Source of the DNA: a virus
DNA length: 64,000 nt
Strand: one strand, 5' to 3'
IMG/VR virus record: IMGVR_UViG_3300031231_000003
Coordinates: 60,422 to 124,421 of that record
Both the position numbers and the translations under genes were made by a program. Below, in pieces: positions 1 through 9,982 of the stretch. Each line of letters opens with the position of its first letter. Within the stretch, counting starts at the first letter, position 1. The notes beneath the pieces were generated by a model. It did not search any database and was not told where the DNA came from. It saw only the letters and a program-made list of their open reading frames with translations.

Positions 1-2
1 AC

Positions 3-1169
3 GTGCCATTGAATGTTAAGAACGTTCTATACGAAACACTGATTCAACCAGAATTCTCAACGAAAAAAGCATTGAACAAAAAAATTCTGACCGTCGGATT
101 ACCACTAGATTTTTCACGAAGATTGTCACAAAAGGGGAAAATTTCAACACAAGCGACCGACAAATTGAAGAGCAAACAACTTGATATTGTCAAGATTTTT
201 GTTTACAGGATCGACACGCTGAATCAGGACATCGTCTTTAAACCACAGAAGCTGTTGTTCGAGCTATCGAGATTTCCGGTTAGAAATTTTGACACTATGA
301 ACGACGTTTCTCGAGGAGCAAGCATTCAAAGTATCATTGGATCCGTTGCATTGCGTGACTTTGGGGAGTCACTTGACGAGAATTCATCATCAGCGGTATC
401 GTATTACCTCGAAGGCGATGCAAACAGTGCATTCAATTCGCCCAGTTATGAATTTCTATCGTTGCAACAAAAACGAGAACTAGCACGAAATCATGTGCTT
501 AGTTACATGCTCGAGATCTACATCAAATTATTGACTGGCATTTCAACATCGGATCATTCATTCACAATGGATGCGAACGATGAAAAAACGATCAAAATGT
601 TCGAAAGCACGTTCATCAAATTGTTGATTGAAAAGAACACAGCCGTTGTTACGAACGGTATTGCAAATACGATCAAACAAAGTCAGATTTCTTCGATTGG
701 AACATTCTTTTCATCGAATAGATCGACGGCGTCATCACGAATGGTTGGTATTGCTGGAAGCAACAAGAACCTCACTTTCACGGCTGCCACAAGTTTAGCC
801 TCGTTACCTCGTCAAGGTATCAAACCTCTGATGAATCTCGTGAAGCTCGTTTCAAAGGTTTCAAATTTGAAAACAACGATCAGCGATGGAGTTTTAATGT
901 CAAAGAACATCATTCGTCCACGACAATTTGATCGAGTATTCAACGTCATCATTGACCCTGATGATTTTGAAATCAATTATGAGGCGACGATCAAGACAGA
1001 GTACGGTAAAAAATCATTCGAACAACTGATCAAGAAACGCATCGTCATCCCCGTAGATTCAAACGATCAACGACGTAGAGCGTACAAGTTCCGTGAAAAC
1101 GATATTTCTCAAGGTTCCGCTTCGTTCGATAAGTACTTTGTAACGCTTGGAACGTTTGACGAGGAATAA
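3..1169 (+). CDS. Putative virion structural (baseplate-region) protein, probably 5'-truncated by the window edge
   Basis: 388-aa ORF from the window edge, TAATG-coupled to the next gene; no diagnostic motif, call rests on context. Confidence 0.45.
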   Translation: MPLNVKNVLYETLIQPEFSTKKALNKKILTVGLPLDFSRRLSQKGKISTQATDKLKSKQLDIVKIFVYRIDTLNQDIVFKPQKLLFELSRFPVRNFDTMNDVSRGASIQSIIGSVALRDFGESLDENSSSAVSYYLEGDANSAFNSPSYEFLSLQQKRELARNHVLSYMLEIYIKLLTGISTSDHSFTMDANDEKTIKMFESTFIKLLIEKNTAVVTNGIANTIKQSQISSIGTFFSSNRSTASSRMVGIAGSNKNLTFTAATSLASLPRQGIKPLMNLVKLVSKVSNLKTTISDGVLMSKNIIRPRQFDRVFNVIIDPDDFEINYEATIKTEYGKKSFEQLIKKRIVIPVDSNDQRRRAYKFRENDISQGSASFDKYFVTLGTFDEE

Positions 1170-3049
1170 TGACACAATCTTTACCATCGAACGAAGCATG
1201 TACCATTGACGTCAAAGAGGTTGAAAGATTCACAGCAAAGTTCTTTTATCAACACTTTGTTAAAGATGAATGCACGAATGACTCGGGAGAGTCAATTGAC
1301 GTTGACATAAAAAACGTCTCTGGTACAGATGGATCAAACGTTCCTTTGAAAAAGGTTCCTCGATACATTGAACTAAAGTTCATTCCTGTCGCAGTTTCTA
1401 GTGAGAATGTTGACAATCAAGTGATCAAACGAGATCAGGCTTCTCAATTAATCAGCGATCATTTTGATTCGATAGTGACTGAGGATCAATTTTCGTCGAA
1501 TTCGTTCATAAGCATCAATTTTCACGACGGATCGATGGATGACAAGATTTATGAAGTTGTCAGTGGTTCCCTTCAACAATTCATGTTGAATACTGAGAAG
1601 AATTCCAACGTTAGTAATAATAAGCTTTCAAAGCAATTCAATTCATTGTTATCAGATGATGTCGATGCTGATTTTTTATCATCAAAGTTTTCATCATTGA
1701 CTCGATCATCGGGCGCGTCATTTCATTCACTTTCTGAAGGAACCGATAGGATCAAGACCGCGGAAGCGATCGATGCGATCAGTTCTGGTCGAGGTGACAA
1801 GGTTGCAATCATTGAAAGACCTTCTCGAGGAACGAACGTTAGCGTGCAACTGAATGCTAAGATCATCAATGACGTGTTAAAAACACAAATTGACGATCCC
1901 ACTTCACCCTATTCAAGCGACTTGCAAGACCTTTTGAATTCGACACAAAGCACGCAAAGAACTGCAAAGCAACGAAATCAAATACCGTCGGACGAGGACT
2001 ACATGACAATGATTCCATTCATTGACCTCGACGTTCAAAATTCTTCAACAAAGCATGATGAATCTTCAAGACGCGTCGTTGGTTACGTCATTGATAAATT
2101 TGAGATCGATCAAAACCAGAACACGATTGAAAAGGAAAGGTTGATCATCGAAAATCCATTCGCGACACGGATCATCGATTCACGCGTAAAGTACGGTTCG
2201 ACGTACAGGTACCAGATCAGGACGATCGTCCTATTCATTCTTCCCGCCGTCGATGCCGACACGGGCGAACTTGCAATGGTGAAAGCATTGATCAGTTCAA
2301 AACCATCAAGGCCTGAGTACGTTGAGTGTACGGAGAATCAGGCTCCACCCGTACCAAACGATGTCAACTTCATTTGGGATTACGAGACAGAAAAATTGAT
2401 GGTCACTTGGAATTTACCCACGAACCCTCAAAGGGATATCAAACAATTTCAGGTGTTCAAAAGAACGTCGCTTGAGTCATCGTACGACCTTGTGAAGCAA
2501 TTCAACTTCAACGATAGCGACTCGCCCATCGAACAAAACGAAAATCCCGATCCTTCCGTGCTTGAAGTGACAAATTCACCTCGAACGTTCTGGATTGATG
2601 AAAAATTCAAGAAAAATAGCAAGTACATCTACTCGGTGTGTTCGATAGATGCTCATGGCCTCTCAAGCGGTTACTCGGCCCAATTCGAGGTCGGATTTGA
2701 TATCTTTAAGAACAAACTAACGAAATCACTCGTCAGTCACTCAGGTGCCCCGAAACCCTATCCGAACATGTACGTAGAGAACCAATTGTTCGTTGATTCA
2801 ATCAGGACGTCACGCGGCTCGAGAATGAAGCTCTACTTCAATCCCGAGTACTACTCGCTCGTCAATAATCAGAAAAAGGTCATCAAGACGCTTTCAACGA
2901 AGCAAGACGGGGGGAGATACTTGTTGCAAGTACTGAACCTCGATAATCAGAAGGTTGAAAATTTAACGATCACGATCGATGATCAAACGAAGCAATCGAA
3001 AACGAACACAAAATCAACGAAAGTTCTAACAAAGAATCGAACGAAGTGA
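1169..3049 (+). CDS. Putative structural protein with fibronectin-III-like segments
   Basis: 626 aa; Fn3-like patterns 'DSRVKYGSTYRYQIRT', 'LMVTWNLP...FQVFKR', 'KYIYSVCSIDAHGLSSGYS'. Confidence 0.5.
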   Translation: MTQSLPSNEACTIDVKEVERFTAKFFYQHFVKDECTNDSGESIDVDIKNVSGTDGSNVPLKKVPRYIELKFIPVAVSSENVDNQVIKRDQASQLISDHFDSIVTEDQFSSNSFISINFHDGSMDDKIYEVVSGSLQQFMLNTEKNSNVSNNKLSKQFNSLLSDDVDADFLSSKFSSLTRSSGASFHSLSEGTDRIKTAEAIDAISSGRGDKVAIIERPSRGTNVSVQLNAKIINDVLKTQIDDPTSPYSSDLQDLLNSTQSTQRTAKQRNQIPSDEDYMTMIPFIDLDVQNSSTKHDESSRRVVGYVIDKFEIDQNQNTIEKERLIIENPFATRIIDSRVKYGSTYRYQIRTIVLFILPAVDADTGELAMVKALISSKPSRPEYVECTENQAPPVPNDVNFIWDYETEKLMVTWNLPTNPQRDIKQFQVFKRTSLESSYDLVKQFNFNDSDSPIEQNENPDPSVLEVTNSPRTFWIDEKFKKNSKYIYSVCSIDAHGLSSGYSAQFEVGFDIFKNKLTKSLVSHSGAPKPYPNMYVENQLFVDSIRTSRGSRMKLYFNPEYYSLVNNQKKVIKTLSTKQDGGRYLLQVLNLDNQKVENLTITIDDQTKQSKTNTKSTKVLTKNRTK

Positions 3050-3288
3050 ACTCAGTACCCGACGATCAATTTCTACCGGGAGATTCAATCATCGTGTTCA
3101 AGGGTTCGTATGACATCGTCGCAAGCGATTGGCCATTCGTTGAATCGTTCGAGGATGATTCGTTCGGAATGATCTTGGGAGCGAGAAGTAACATGTTGTC
3201 GGAACAGGATTTCATCGTCCTTGTGAACCAGAAATTGCTGTACGTTCAAGGATATCGGATGGTGAGATCTAATGAACATCAATCTTGA
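3046..3288 (+). CDS. Small xLxPGD-family protein (SH3/KOW-like)
   Basis: 'QFLPGDSIIV...FGMILG'; GTGA overlap with the upstream stop. Confidence 0.6.
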   Translation: MNSVPDDQFLPGDSIIVFKGSYDIVASDWPFVESFEDDSFGMILGARSNMLSEQDFIVLVNQKLLYVQGYRMVRSNEHQS

Positions 3289-3304
3289 TTCGATTTAGAA
3301 TTGA

Positions 3305-4309
3305 TTGATGTACTTGGGTGTAGAAAAAATCGTAAAGAAGGATTCTTGGAATAGGACATCAACGAAGCACGTTCATAAATTTCAATGTGATGAATGCGGT
3401 AAATCGTACGACTTGTACAGAAATCGAAAAAGAAGGTTGCATTTTTGTTCTAAGTCATGTAAAAATGCATCAAAATTGCTTCAAAGGTTGATCACTGATG
3501 TTTGCATTGAACGTTATGGTGGAAGAGGTAATGCGTCCATTGAATTGAAATTGAAGAACCAGACGACGTGTCTTAAAATTTACGGTGCATCACATCCTTG
3601 GAAAAATGACGATGTTCATGAAAAATGCATGGTGACGACAGAAAACTTGCATGGTTCGAGAGGATACTTTGGAACTAAAAATTACAAGAAAGCGTTGAAA
3701 GAAAACTGGAATGTTGATCACCCCATGCATTCAGGCGAGATCAAAGAAAAACATCGTAATACTTGTCTTGCAAATTTGGGAGTCGAATACCCCTTGCAAT
3801 CATCGATTTCGATGAAAAAAATGAACGAAACCTGTAATGACAAATTCGGCGTCAAATGGGGATTTCAAATTGAATCTTGTATTCGTAATTCTCATACGAA
3901 TGAAGCCCATAAAAAACGACATGAAACGTTAAAAAAGAATGGTTCATACACTAAATCAAGATGGGAAGATCGATTTCATGAGTTTCTTTGTTCACGATTT
4001 TCAATTGTTGAACGTCAGGTGAGCATGAATCAACGATGGGCGATTGATTTCTATGTTGAACAATTAGATTCTTACGTTCAATTCGATGGTGTTTATTGGC
4101 ACGGCCTTGATCGTGACGAGAATGAGATAAAAAACAGCACGAACAAGCGTGATAAAACGATCTTCAAGAAGTTCTTAACGGATAAAACTCAAAATGAATG
4201 GTTCAAAGAACAGAATTTGAAGTTAGTTAGAATAACCGACAAAGAGTTCATGTCATGTTGGAAGACACAGAATTTTTCCGGTATTGATTTGAAATTATCA
4301 GGAGAATAA
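3305..4309 (+). CDS. Putative homing endonuclease (Zn finger, helical repeats, Vsr/DUF559-like nuclease)
   Basis: CDECG/FCSKSC; 'TCLKIYG', 'TCLANLGVEYP', 'TCNDKFGV' repeats; 'IDFY...YVQFDGVYWH...LVRI'. Confidence 0.75.
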   Translation: MMYLGVEKIVKKDSWNRTSTKHVHKFQCDECGKSYDLYRNRKRRLHFCSKSCKNASKLLQRLITDVCIERYGGRGNASIELKLKNQTTCLKIYGASHPWKNDDVHEKCMVTTENLHGSRGYFGTKNYKKALKENWNVDHPMHSGEIKEKHRNTCLANLGVEYPLQSSISMKKMNETCNDKFGVKWGFQIESCIRNSHTNEAHKKRHETLKKNGSYTKSRWEDRFHEFLCSRFSIVERQVSMNQRWAIDFYVEQLDSYVQFDGVYWHGLDRDENEIKNSTNKRDKTIFKKFLTDKTQNEWFKEQNLKLVRITDKEFMSCWKTQNFSGIDLKLSGE

Positions 4310-4310
4310 T

Positions 4311-5575
4311 TTGGCCACGTACAAAGAAATTTTAGCGGGAGATATCAAGAGCAGTCGAAGTTTCCTCTCGCAATTGATAGATTGTTTACAAGAAGACGTG
4401 AGTGCCTCTGTTTCCCGACAACAATATCAACATTTTGTAACTGGCGGACTTGGGCCGGGCGTAACCTCGTCGCTCTTTCAAACTGTTTACGATCAAGATT
4501 TCACGCTTCAAACTGCGAATGCAATCTTTGACATGACGGTAGGAATCCTTCCCGGTGGCACAACGGCCCTCACATCACAATCAGGTACCGATTCAGCTGG
4601 TAAGGAATTATTCCCGTCTTCTTCGTTAATGATGCGAGAAAAGATGGACGTCTATCGTCAATTCTCATCCGCCCTCCTTGGCGATGTGAACTCAACGTTC
4701 ACCGCCCCATTCGATTCATCGGACGTTTCTAATGAGATCGATGTTGGGCTTTTCATCGCGTTCAAGCGTCTTTTTGCTAGGGATCAAATCAAACGTGAAA
4801 CGTTCGCAATGCGTTTCTTCCAATCTGCATCCGCAGTTGGACCTAACGGTCAAACGACGGTCAATCCAACTCAACAAACGAACTGGCGTCCGAACCTGAA
4901 TGTCGCGTCAGTGTCGGGTTCAGCAATCTACACCGATATTGGTTCGGCAACGAATAAGTTGACCGCCTTCGGTGGAGCGGTCGGAAACATCGTTGACAGC
5001 GCAAACACTTCACGCACCGTTGGCGTCATGTTCTACGACAGGGGAATCGCTGTTCTCGACCTTGCAAAGATCACATCCGCATCGCAGTTCGTTTCTGGAA
5101 CGATCGATGCAATGCATGTTCTCGGTCAACAAACTCTCGGAGGACCTGGAACACAAACTGCCTTCAATAGCAAGTTCATCCCCGATTTCGTGGTCAGCGC
5201 AAGTCTTGACAACATTGTTGATCACATCGCCGCAACCCGGTTCGGTAGCGGTTCACAAACTGCGATCACCTTCCAGAACGTTACGAACATCAATTCAACG
5301 TTGATCTTTGCCAAGCTGGGTGCAGACGAATTCAATTACAGTTCAAATCCAACGTACACTGATAGTGAAGATCGTATCAGGGTCATTGAAGTCGGTCAGG
5401 AAGAGAATCAAACGGCATTCAGCTTCGTAACATCGATCGGTATTTACGATTCGAATGATACGTTGCTTGCCGTCGCCAAGACAAGTCGGCCCATTGAAAA
5501 AAAAATAATGAACGGGACCTTACGATACGCATAAGATTGGATTTCGCCCAGAAAAGAAGGTTTCACTTGATTTAA
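4311..5575 (+). CDS. Baseplate/tail structural protein with a frameshift in the A9 run at 5497-5505
   Basis: 'EFNYSSNPTY...TSIGIYD..DTLLAVAKTSRPIEK'; the -1 frame continues 'NNERDLTIRIRLDF', matching the C-terminus 'YLFRIKLDW' of the related ORF 18028..20505. Confidence 0.7.
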
Positions 5576-5605
5576 CAAAATGTATGGGTAACGTACAATG
5601 GTCAT

Positions 5606-6694
5606 ATGCCAAGGTATTTACCCGTAACGAATCAATGTGAAGTTTGTCATAATCCCTTTACAGTAGCGTACCGTTTCCGTGGTACGAAAACTTGTAACAA
5701 GGAATGCTTCAAGAAATTGATGTCTTCGAAAAAGAGGACTGAACGTATCAAGAAACAATGCTTGAACGATAAATGCGGGAAGATCTTTGATCTAAAGATC
5801 ACCTACGAGAACATTCAAAAGTACTGCAGTCAAATCTGTTTCTACGATCACAAGTACGGACGAGAATCAGCAATCGTCACATTGATCTGTAAATCATGCG
5901 GAAATGATTTTGATCGTGTGTTCAGCAAACGTCGACACAGATGTTGTTCAAAAAAATGTTTTAGTGTTCAACAAAGTCTGGCAATGATGGGTAAAAATAA
6001 TCCAATGTTTGGTAAAGGACCAATGTTGGGTCGTGTTGCATGGAACAACGGTAAAACAACCGAAACAGACGACAGATTAAAAAATCTAGGACGTGAAGTT
6101 TCACGATCGTTGCAAAGAGGATTTGAATCCGGAAAATTGACTCATGTGGGCGAGAACAATCCGAACTTTGGGCGGACCCGAGAAACACGTTCAATCGAGA
6201 ACCTCGAAAACTACAGCAAGGCAGCATCACAACGCGTGATCGATGGAGTCTCTTGCAACAACAAGAATTTCATGCAAGGAAATTTCTTCAGCAAGAAACA
6301 GAACGAAAGTTTCCATTATCGTTCATCGTACGAACTTCGATTGATGCTTTGCTATGAAGTTGATGAAGATATAATTTCGTACGAACATGAACCGTTCGTG
6401 ATCAAGTACGACGAAGGCAAACGTTACATACCCGATGTCTTAATATTGAAGAACTCATGTGAAAAAGCTATGATCGTTGAAGTCAAACCCGAAATGTTCT
6501 TGCAGAATTTAGATGTAGTTGAAAAAGCAAACGCGGCTCGCGATTATTGTGACAAAAATGACATGACGTACGAATTCATCACATTGAATGACATCGTACG
6601 TTACGAGAAAACGTTATCAATAGATTCTGAACGACACAAAAATTTACATGAACAGAATTCAACCTTAAACGGGGGTGTGAAGTATGCGTCATGA
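5606..6694 (+). CDS. Putative homing endonuclease: Zn-ribbon repeats, NUMOD-like motifs, TnsA-like PD-(D/E)xK domain
   Basis: Three CxxC..C..C units; 'GKNNPMFG', 'GENNPNFG'; 'YRSSYELR..YEHEPF.IKY..YIPD..IVEVKP'. Confidence 0.75.
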   Translation: MPRYLPVTNQCEVCHNPFTVAYRFRGTKTCNKECFKKLMSSKKRTERIKKQCLNDKCGKIFDLKITYENIQKYCSQICFYDHKYGRESAIVTLICKSCGNDFDRVFSKRRHRCCSKKCFSVQQSLAMMGKNNPMFGKGPMLGRVAWNNGKTTETDDRLKNLGREVSRSLQRGFESGKLTHVGENNPNFGRTRETRSIENLENYSKAASQRVIDGVSCNNKNFMQGNFFSKKQNESFHYRSSYELRLMLCYEVDEDIISYEHEPFVIKYDEGKRYIPDVLILKNSCEKAMIVEVKPEMFLQNLDVVEKANAARDYCDKNDMTYEFITLNDIVRYEKTLSIDSERHKNLHEQNSTLNGGVKYAS

Positions 6695-7040
6695 AATCCT
6701 GGTCGGAGCTAGAACATATCAAATGTTCCTGTTATCGTCTAAGGAATTCAATGAACGAGTAAAAATACTGACTGGTCAGGATCTGTGTTCAAAACTTGGA
6801 TTGACCGATCATTACAATCAAGAAATTTACGTTTGTAATGATATTCACCCAGAACTAATGAGAGAGATCATAGTTCATGAAATCGTTCATGTCATGTTAG
6901 AAGATGCAGGTCTGGCTTCGTTGCAAAATCAGAACATTGAATTGAACGAGATCGTTACATCGATCATTTCACCTCGTTTAACGCAAGTTCTGTCACAGAA
7001 CAAAAAGATCTTCGATCTGTTGTTTAGTGGAACTCGTTGA
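6684..7040 (+). CDS. Small HExxH zinc metallopeptidase-like protein
   Basis: 'LGLTD..NQEIY...EIIVHEIVHVML...NE'. Confidence 0.65.
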   Translation: MRHEILVGARTYQMFLLSSKEFNERVKILTGQDLCSKLGLTDHYNQEIYVCNDIHPELMREIIVHEIVHVMLEDAGLASLQNQNIELNEIVTSIISPRLTQVLSQNKKIFDLLFSGTR

Positions 7041-7329
7041 TATCGACATTGACGACTCGTTGTTCTTTGAACCTCCAAAGGATGAAAATTTAATCATGTT
7101 CAAAGATTCATTCAATGAACTTTACGATCGAAAAGCTGAACTCACCCAAAGGGGAAATGTTGTCTCAATCAGTTTTGGCCAATCGCCCCGCCGATCGGTC
7201 GAACACAACGCTCTGTACTGGTATGGATTTTCCGTGTTGGATATGATCAACCATTTGTACATTACCTTACCAGAACTCATCATCACAAGATCACCGGGAC
7301 TTAGATGTGCGAATTCATTCAAAGATTGA
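7027..7329 (+). CDS. Hypothetical protein
   Basis: 100-aa ORF overlapping the upstream stop. Confidence 0.45.
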   Translation: MELVDIDIDDSLFFEPPKDENLIMFKDSFNELYDRKAELTQRGNVVSISFGQSPRRSVEHNALYWYGFSVLDMINHLYITLPELIITRSPGLRCANSFKD

Positions 7330-7660
7330 AGGCTTGATTGCATCGAAATTCGCGTCCAAAAAGTAACAAATTGTTGGAATTGTACTTGAAATGCCCGGCG
7401 GCCATCGATCCATACCACCTCTGATCGTTCTGTCAACGCTTGACGGATTCACGATGCACGCAGCGAACGTTGATCGGTGTTCGGTTTTTACGTTTGAATT
7501 ACCCAATTTCATGTGACCGATCACAAGAAACGTTTTACAAATTTTTGCATGACCGACAACCTGTCGCGTTGACGAATAAAGCCATGAACCTCCGCCTTTT
7601 TAGTGATTCGAGGCATGACGATCGTGCCAGGTGGGTGAAAATTGCTCAAGTGATCAAGAT

Positions 7661-7906
7661 TCATATCGCTTGATTCTTACAATCGCCGCAGATTGCAGAA
7701 CAAACAACACAATCTTTGATCTTGCATTCTAGCGAGAGTTCTCTCTGATGCGAAGCATTGAAAGCTTGAGACAAGGAATCACGTTCAGCCGTGAGACTTT
7801 CTATTTCCTTTGCGAGAAGTTCTCGTTCCTTCATGAGTTCATCGAACTCTGATCGCTTTAAGCAGACGAGATCAGTTTGATATTCAATCGTAGATTTGAG
7901 CTTCAT
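7661..7906 (-). CDS. Hypothetical coiled-coil protein with Cys-rich C-terminus
   Basis: Heptad stretch 'LMKERELLAKEIESLTAERDSL'; 'CVVCSAICGDC'; purine-rich RBS-like sequence upstream. Confidence 0.55.
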   Translation of the reverse strand: MKLKSTIEYQTDLVCLKRSEFDELMKERELLAKEIESLTAERDSLSQAFNASHQRELSLECKIKDCVVCSAICGDCKNQAI

Positions 7907-8002
7907 TTCTTCTCTTTAATTCAGATAGGCGGGAAAATCAATCCCTCGATCGGTCACGAACGTATCGAATTTGTTGTGATCGAGGGGATCAAAGTTGAGT
8001 TG

Positions 8003-8074
8003 AGCAGGTGGCGAGACTCGAACTCGCAACTTTCAGTTTGGAAAACTGACCCTCTACCATTGAGTTACACCTGC
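8003..8074 (-). tRNA. tRNA-Gly (anticodon UCC), CCA not encoded
   Basis: Reverse complement GCAGGTGTAACTCAATGGTAGAGGGTCAGTTTTCCAAACTGAAAGTTGCGAGTTCGAGTCTCGCCACCTGCT: 7-bp acceptor stem, D-loop GGTA, TCAGT/ACTGA anticodon stem around TT-TCC-AA, T-loop TTCGAGT. Confidence 0.93.
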
Positions 8075-8239
8075 GAAAAATTCTTACTTGCGAGGCGTCA
8101 TCGGGTGACCGAAATCATCCCAGAGTACGTACTTGACAAGCTTGTTGAGGTACTTACGAACGAATTTCATTTGATCATGGTAACATGAAAATTGAAAGAA
8201 AACACGATTATTGCGATCGTATGGTCAAAATACCTTTCA

Positions 8240-8956
8240 TTACAGATTCTTATCTATGATTATCGTCGTGGACTGAACTGCGCCGCTTTGCTTCCCACTT
8301 ATCGTGATCACACCCTTGATCTTTGTCTTGTCGGCGGTGGTACCGTACACGGTGAACAACGCATCAGTCAGTGACTTCACGCTCAACGTGAACTGACACA
8401 GCGATCCACCGAACGAGTTTTCATTGGGTGATCGAGTGAGGACGTACGTCGCCCTTTGTTGTCCATCAATGTTCTCAGGAACCTGTTGCAGGATCTGGAC
8501 GAATTGGTTCGGAACCTGAACGATGAACGTCTGATCCCTTAGCTCAACGTCGATCGTCGTCTCGTTCCTGATCGTTTGTTCGACCGAGATCGTGGTCGTC
8601 TTTTGCTGGTTTCGACCTATCGTCACGGTGTTGTTCGCGCTAGAGACGTTGCTGTCACCTGACAACGTGAACGAAGGAAGACGAAGGAGGTTTGGGTTAG
8701 AAACTGACACGAGCTTGTACTTTTGAGCGTGGGTTTGATTTGTTAGAGCCTCAAGGATGGGGGTGTTCTTTTCGATCTTTTCTTTACCAATGGTGCGACC
8801 GTACTTCTCAATGATCCCATAATCTATTTCGTCATCGCCGCACGCAAATTTATGGAAACTGAATGATCCATCATTTCGACTTAGTGCTTGCCTTCCGGAG
8901 TCGGTGAGAACCGCATCGAGTAAAATATTGTTACTTGTAGAATTTAAGAAACCCAT
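8240..8956 (-). CDS. Conserved large-phage structural protein (baseplate/tail associated)
   Basis: N-terminus 'MGFL....ILLDAVLTDSGRQALS....F.FHKFACGDDEIDY' recalled from large myovirus structural modules; beta-rich. Confidence 0.6.
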   Translation of the reverse strand: MGFLNSTSNNILLDAVLTDSGRQALSRNDGSFSFHKFACGDDEIDYGIIEKYGRTIGKEKIEKNTPILEALTNQTHAQKYKLVSVSNPNLLRLPSFTLSGDSNVSSANNTVTIGRNQQKTTTISVEQTIRNETTIDVELRDQTFIVQVPNQFVQILQQVPENIDGQQRATYVLTRSPNENSFGGSLCQFTLSVKSLTDALFTVYGTTADKTKIKGVITISGKQSGAVQSTTIIIDKNL

Positions 8957-9867
8957 ATATTCATTCTTTCTTTGATCAAATCGTTTAAAGTTTTTGCTTT
9001 GAAGGCTGTCATGACTTCGTCATCAAAAAATCTGATAAATTTCAAATCATTCTTCGGAAACCAAAGATCCTGTTCACGATCTCGGTCAAATTTTCCCAAA
9101 ATTTGCTTGAATTGTTTACTACCAGCATTCGACCGTTCCACCAAATTTTCACGTCCGTACTTCGTTCCATGCCAATGAATTCCATCAAGTTGAACGTAGA
9201 CGTTTAGTTTTGTGATGAACGCATCGATCGACCAGCCATTCACCGTAATATGACGATCAACATTTCCATACAAGTTACTTAGTTCATTGATCAGTAGATT
9301 TTCAGGATTCGATTGCTTGATCGTCCCATTCTTTACCCATGAGCGAAATCGTTTCGCATTGTACTCGTGAGATCTCATCACGCGTTCGACGAATTCTGAA
9401 TCACATGCGGGTGAAGGTCCACCAAATTTTTCAGTTAACGAAGATTGTGCAATTTCTCGAACTTCTACGCGTCCAAAATTATTTCTCGCTCCATAATTTT
9501 TCAGGAACGTTTCTTCCTTTTTCTTTTTTACGGAAGGATCTTTACTAGGATTGTCGAATCCCGTTTTAGCGAGACAAGTTTGTTTTTTCTTGTCAATGAC
9601 AACTTTCGAAGCGTAAGGATTCTTGCAACCATAATTTCGTTGGAACGTAGCTTCGAGTTTGCTCTTGACAACGCCGTGCTTGAATGCAAAATTCCTGCAT
9701 TCTTCCCCACAAAACGACAAAGAATCACTTTGATTAAACCTACCACTCAAAGTAAGATTGATCTTGCATTGATCACAAAGGTACTTGTATCGTTTGTTTC
9801 GACGACCGGTCACGTCATTAACGATGATTTCAATTCCCACATACATTCTGTAGGTAAGTATTGTCAT
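8944..9867 (-). CDS. Putative homing endonuclease, paralog of 3305..4309
   Basis: 'MYVGIE..CDQC..FCGEEC', 'YGCKNP' repeats, 'IDAF..VYVQLDGIHWH'; likely start at ATG 9846. Confidence 0.75.
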   Translation of the reverse strand: MTILTYRMYVGIEIIVNDVTGRRNKRYKYLCDQCKINLTLSGRFNQSDSLSFCGEECRNFAFKHGVVKSKLEATFQRNYGCKNPYASKVVIDKKKQTCLAKTGFDNPSKDPSVKKKKEETFLKNYGARNNFGRVEVREIAQSSLTEKFGGPSPACDSEFVERVMRSHEYNAKRFRSWVKNGTIKQSNPENLLINELSNLYGNVDRHITVNGWSIDAFITKLNVYVQLDGIHWHGTKYGRENLVERSNAGSKQFKQILGKFDRDREQDLWFPKNDLKFIRFFDDEVMTAFKAKTLNDLIKERMNIWVS

Positions 9868-9982
9868 TTCATATCGTCCTGCCTTGATTTATCGTGTATT
9901 CGTACTACTCGTTTCACTTCGTTTGGAAACTTTCGCGCAAAGCATACCTAATCCAGGTGACAAACTTGCAAGGAGTTCCTAG

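Noticed and set aside
7307-7516. Possible degraded small ORF 'VRIHSKIEG...KK*QIVGIVLE...'
   Set aside because: Internal TAA and only a weak resemblance to the small-ORF family.
7877-8188. 103-aa plus-strand ORF
   Set aside because: Overlaps the minus-strand tRNA-Gly and has no recognisable motif.
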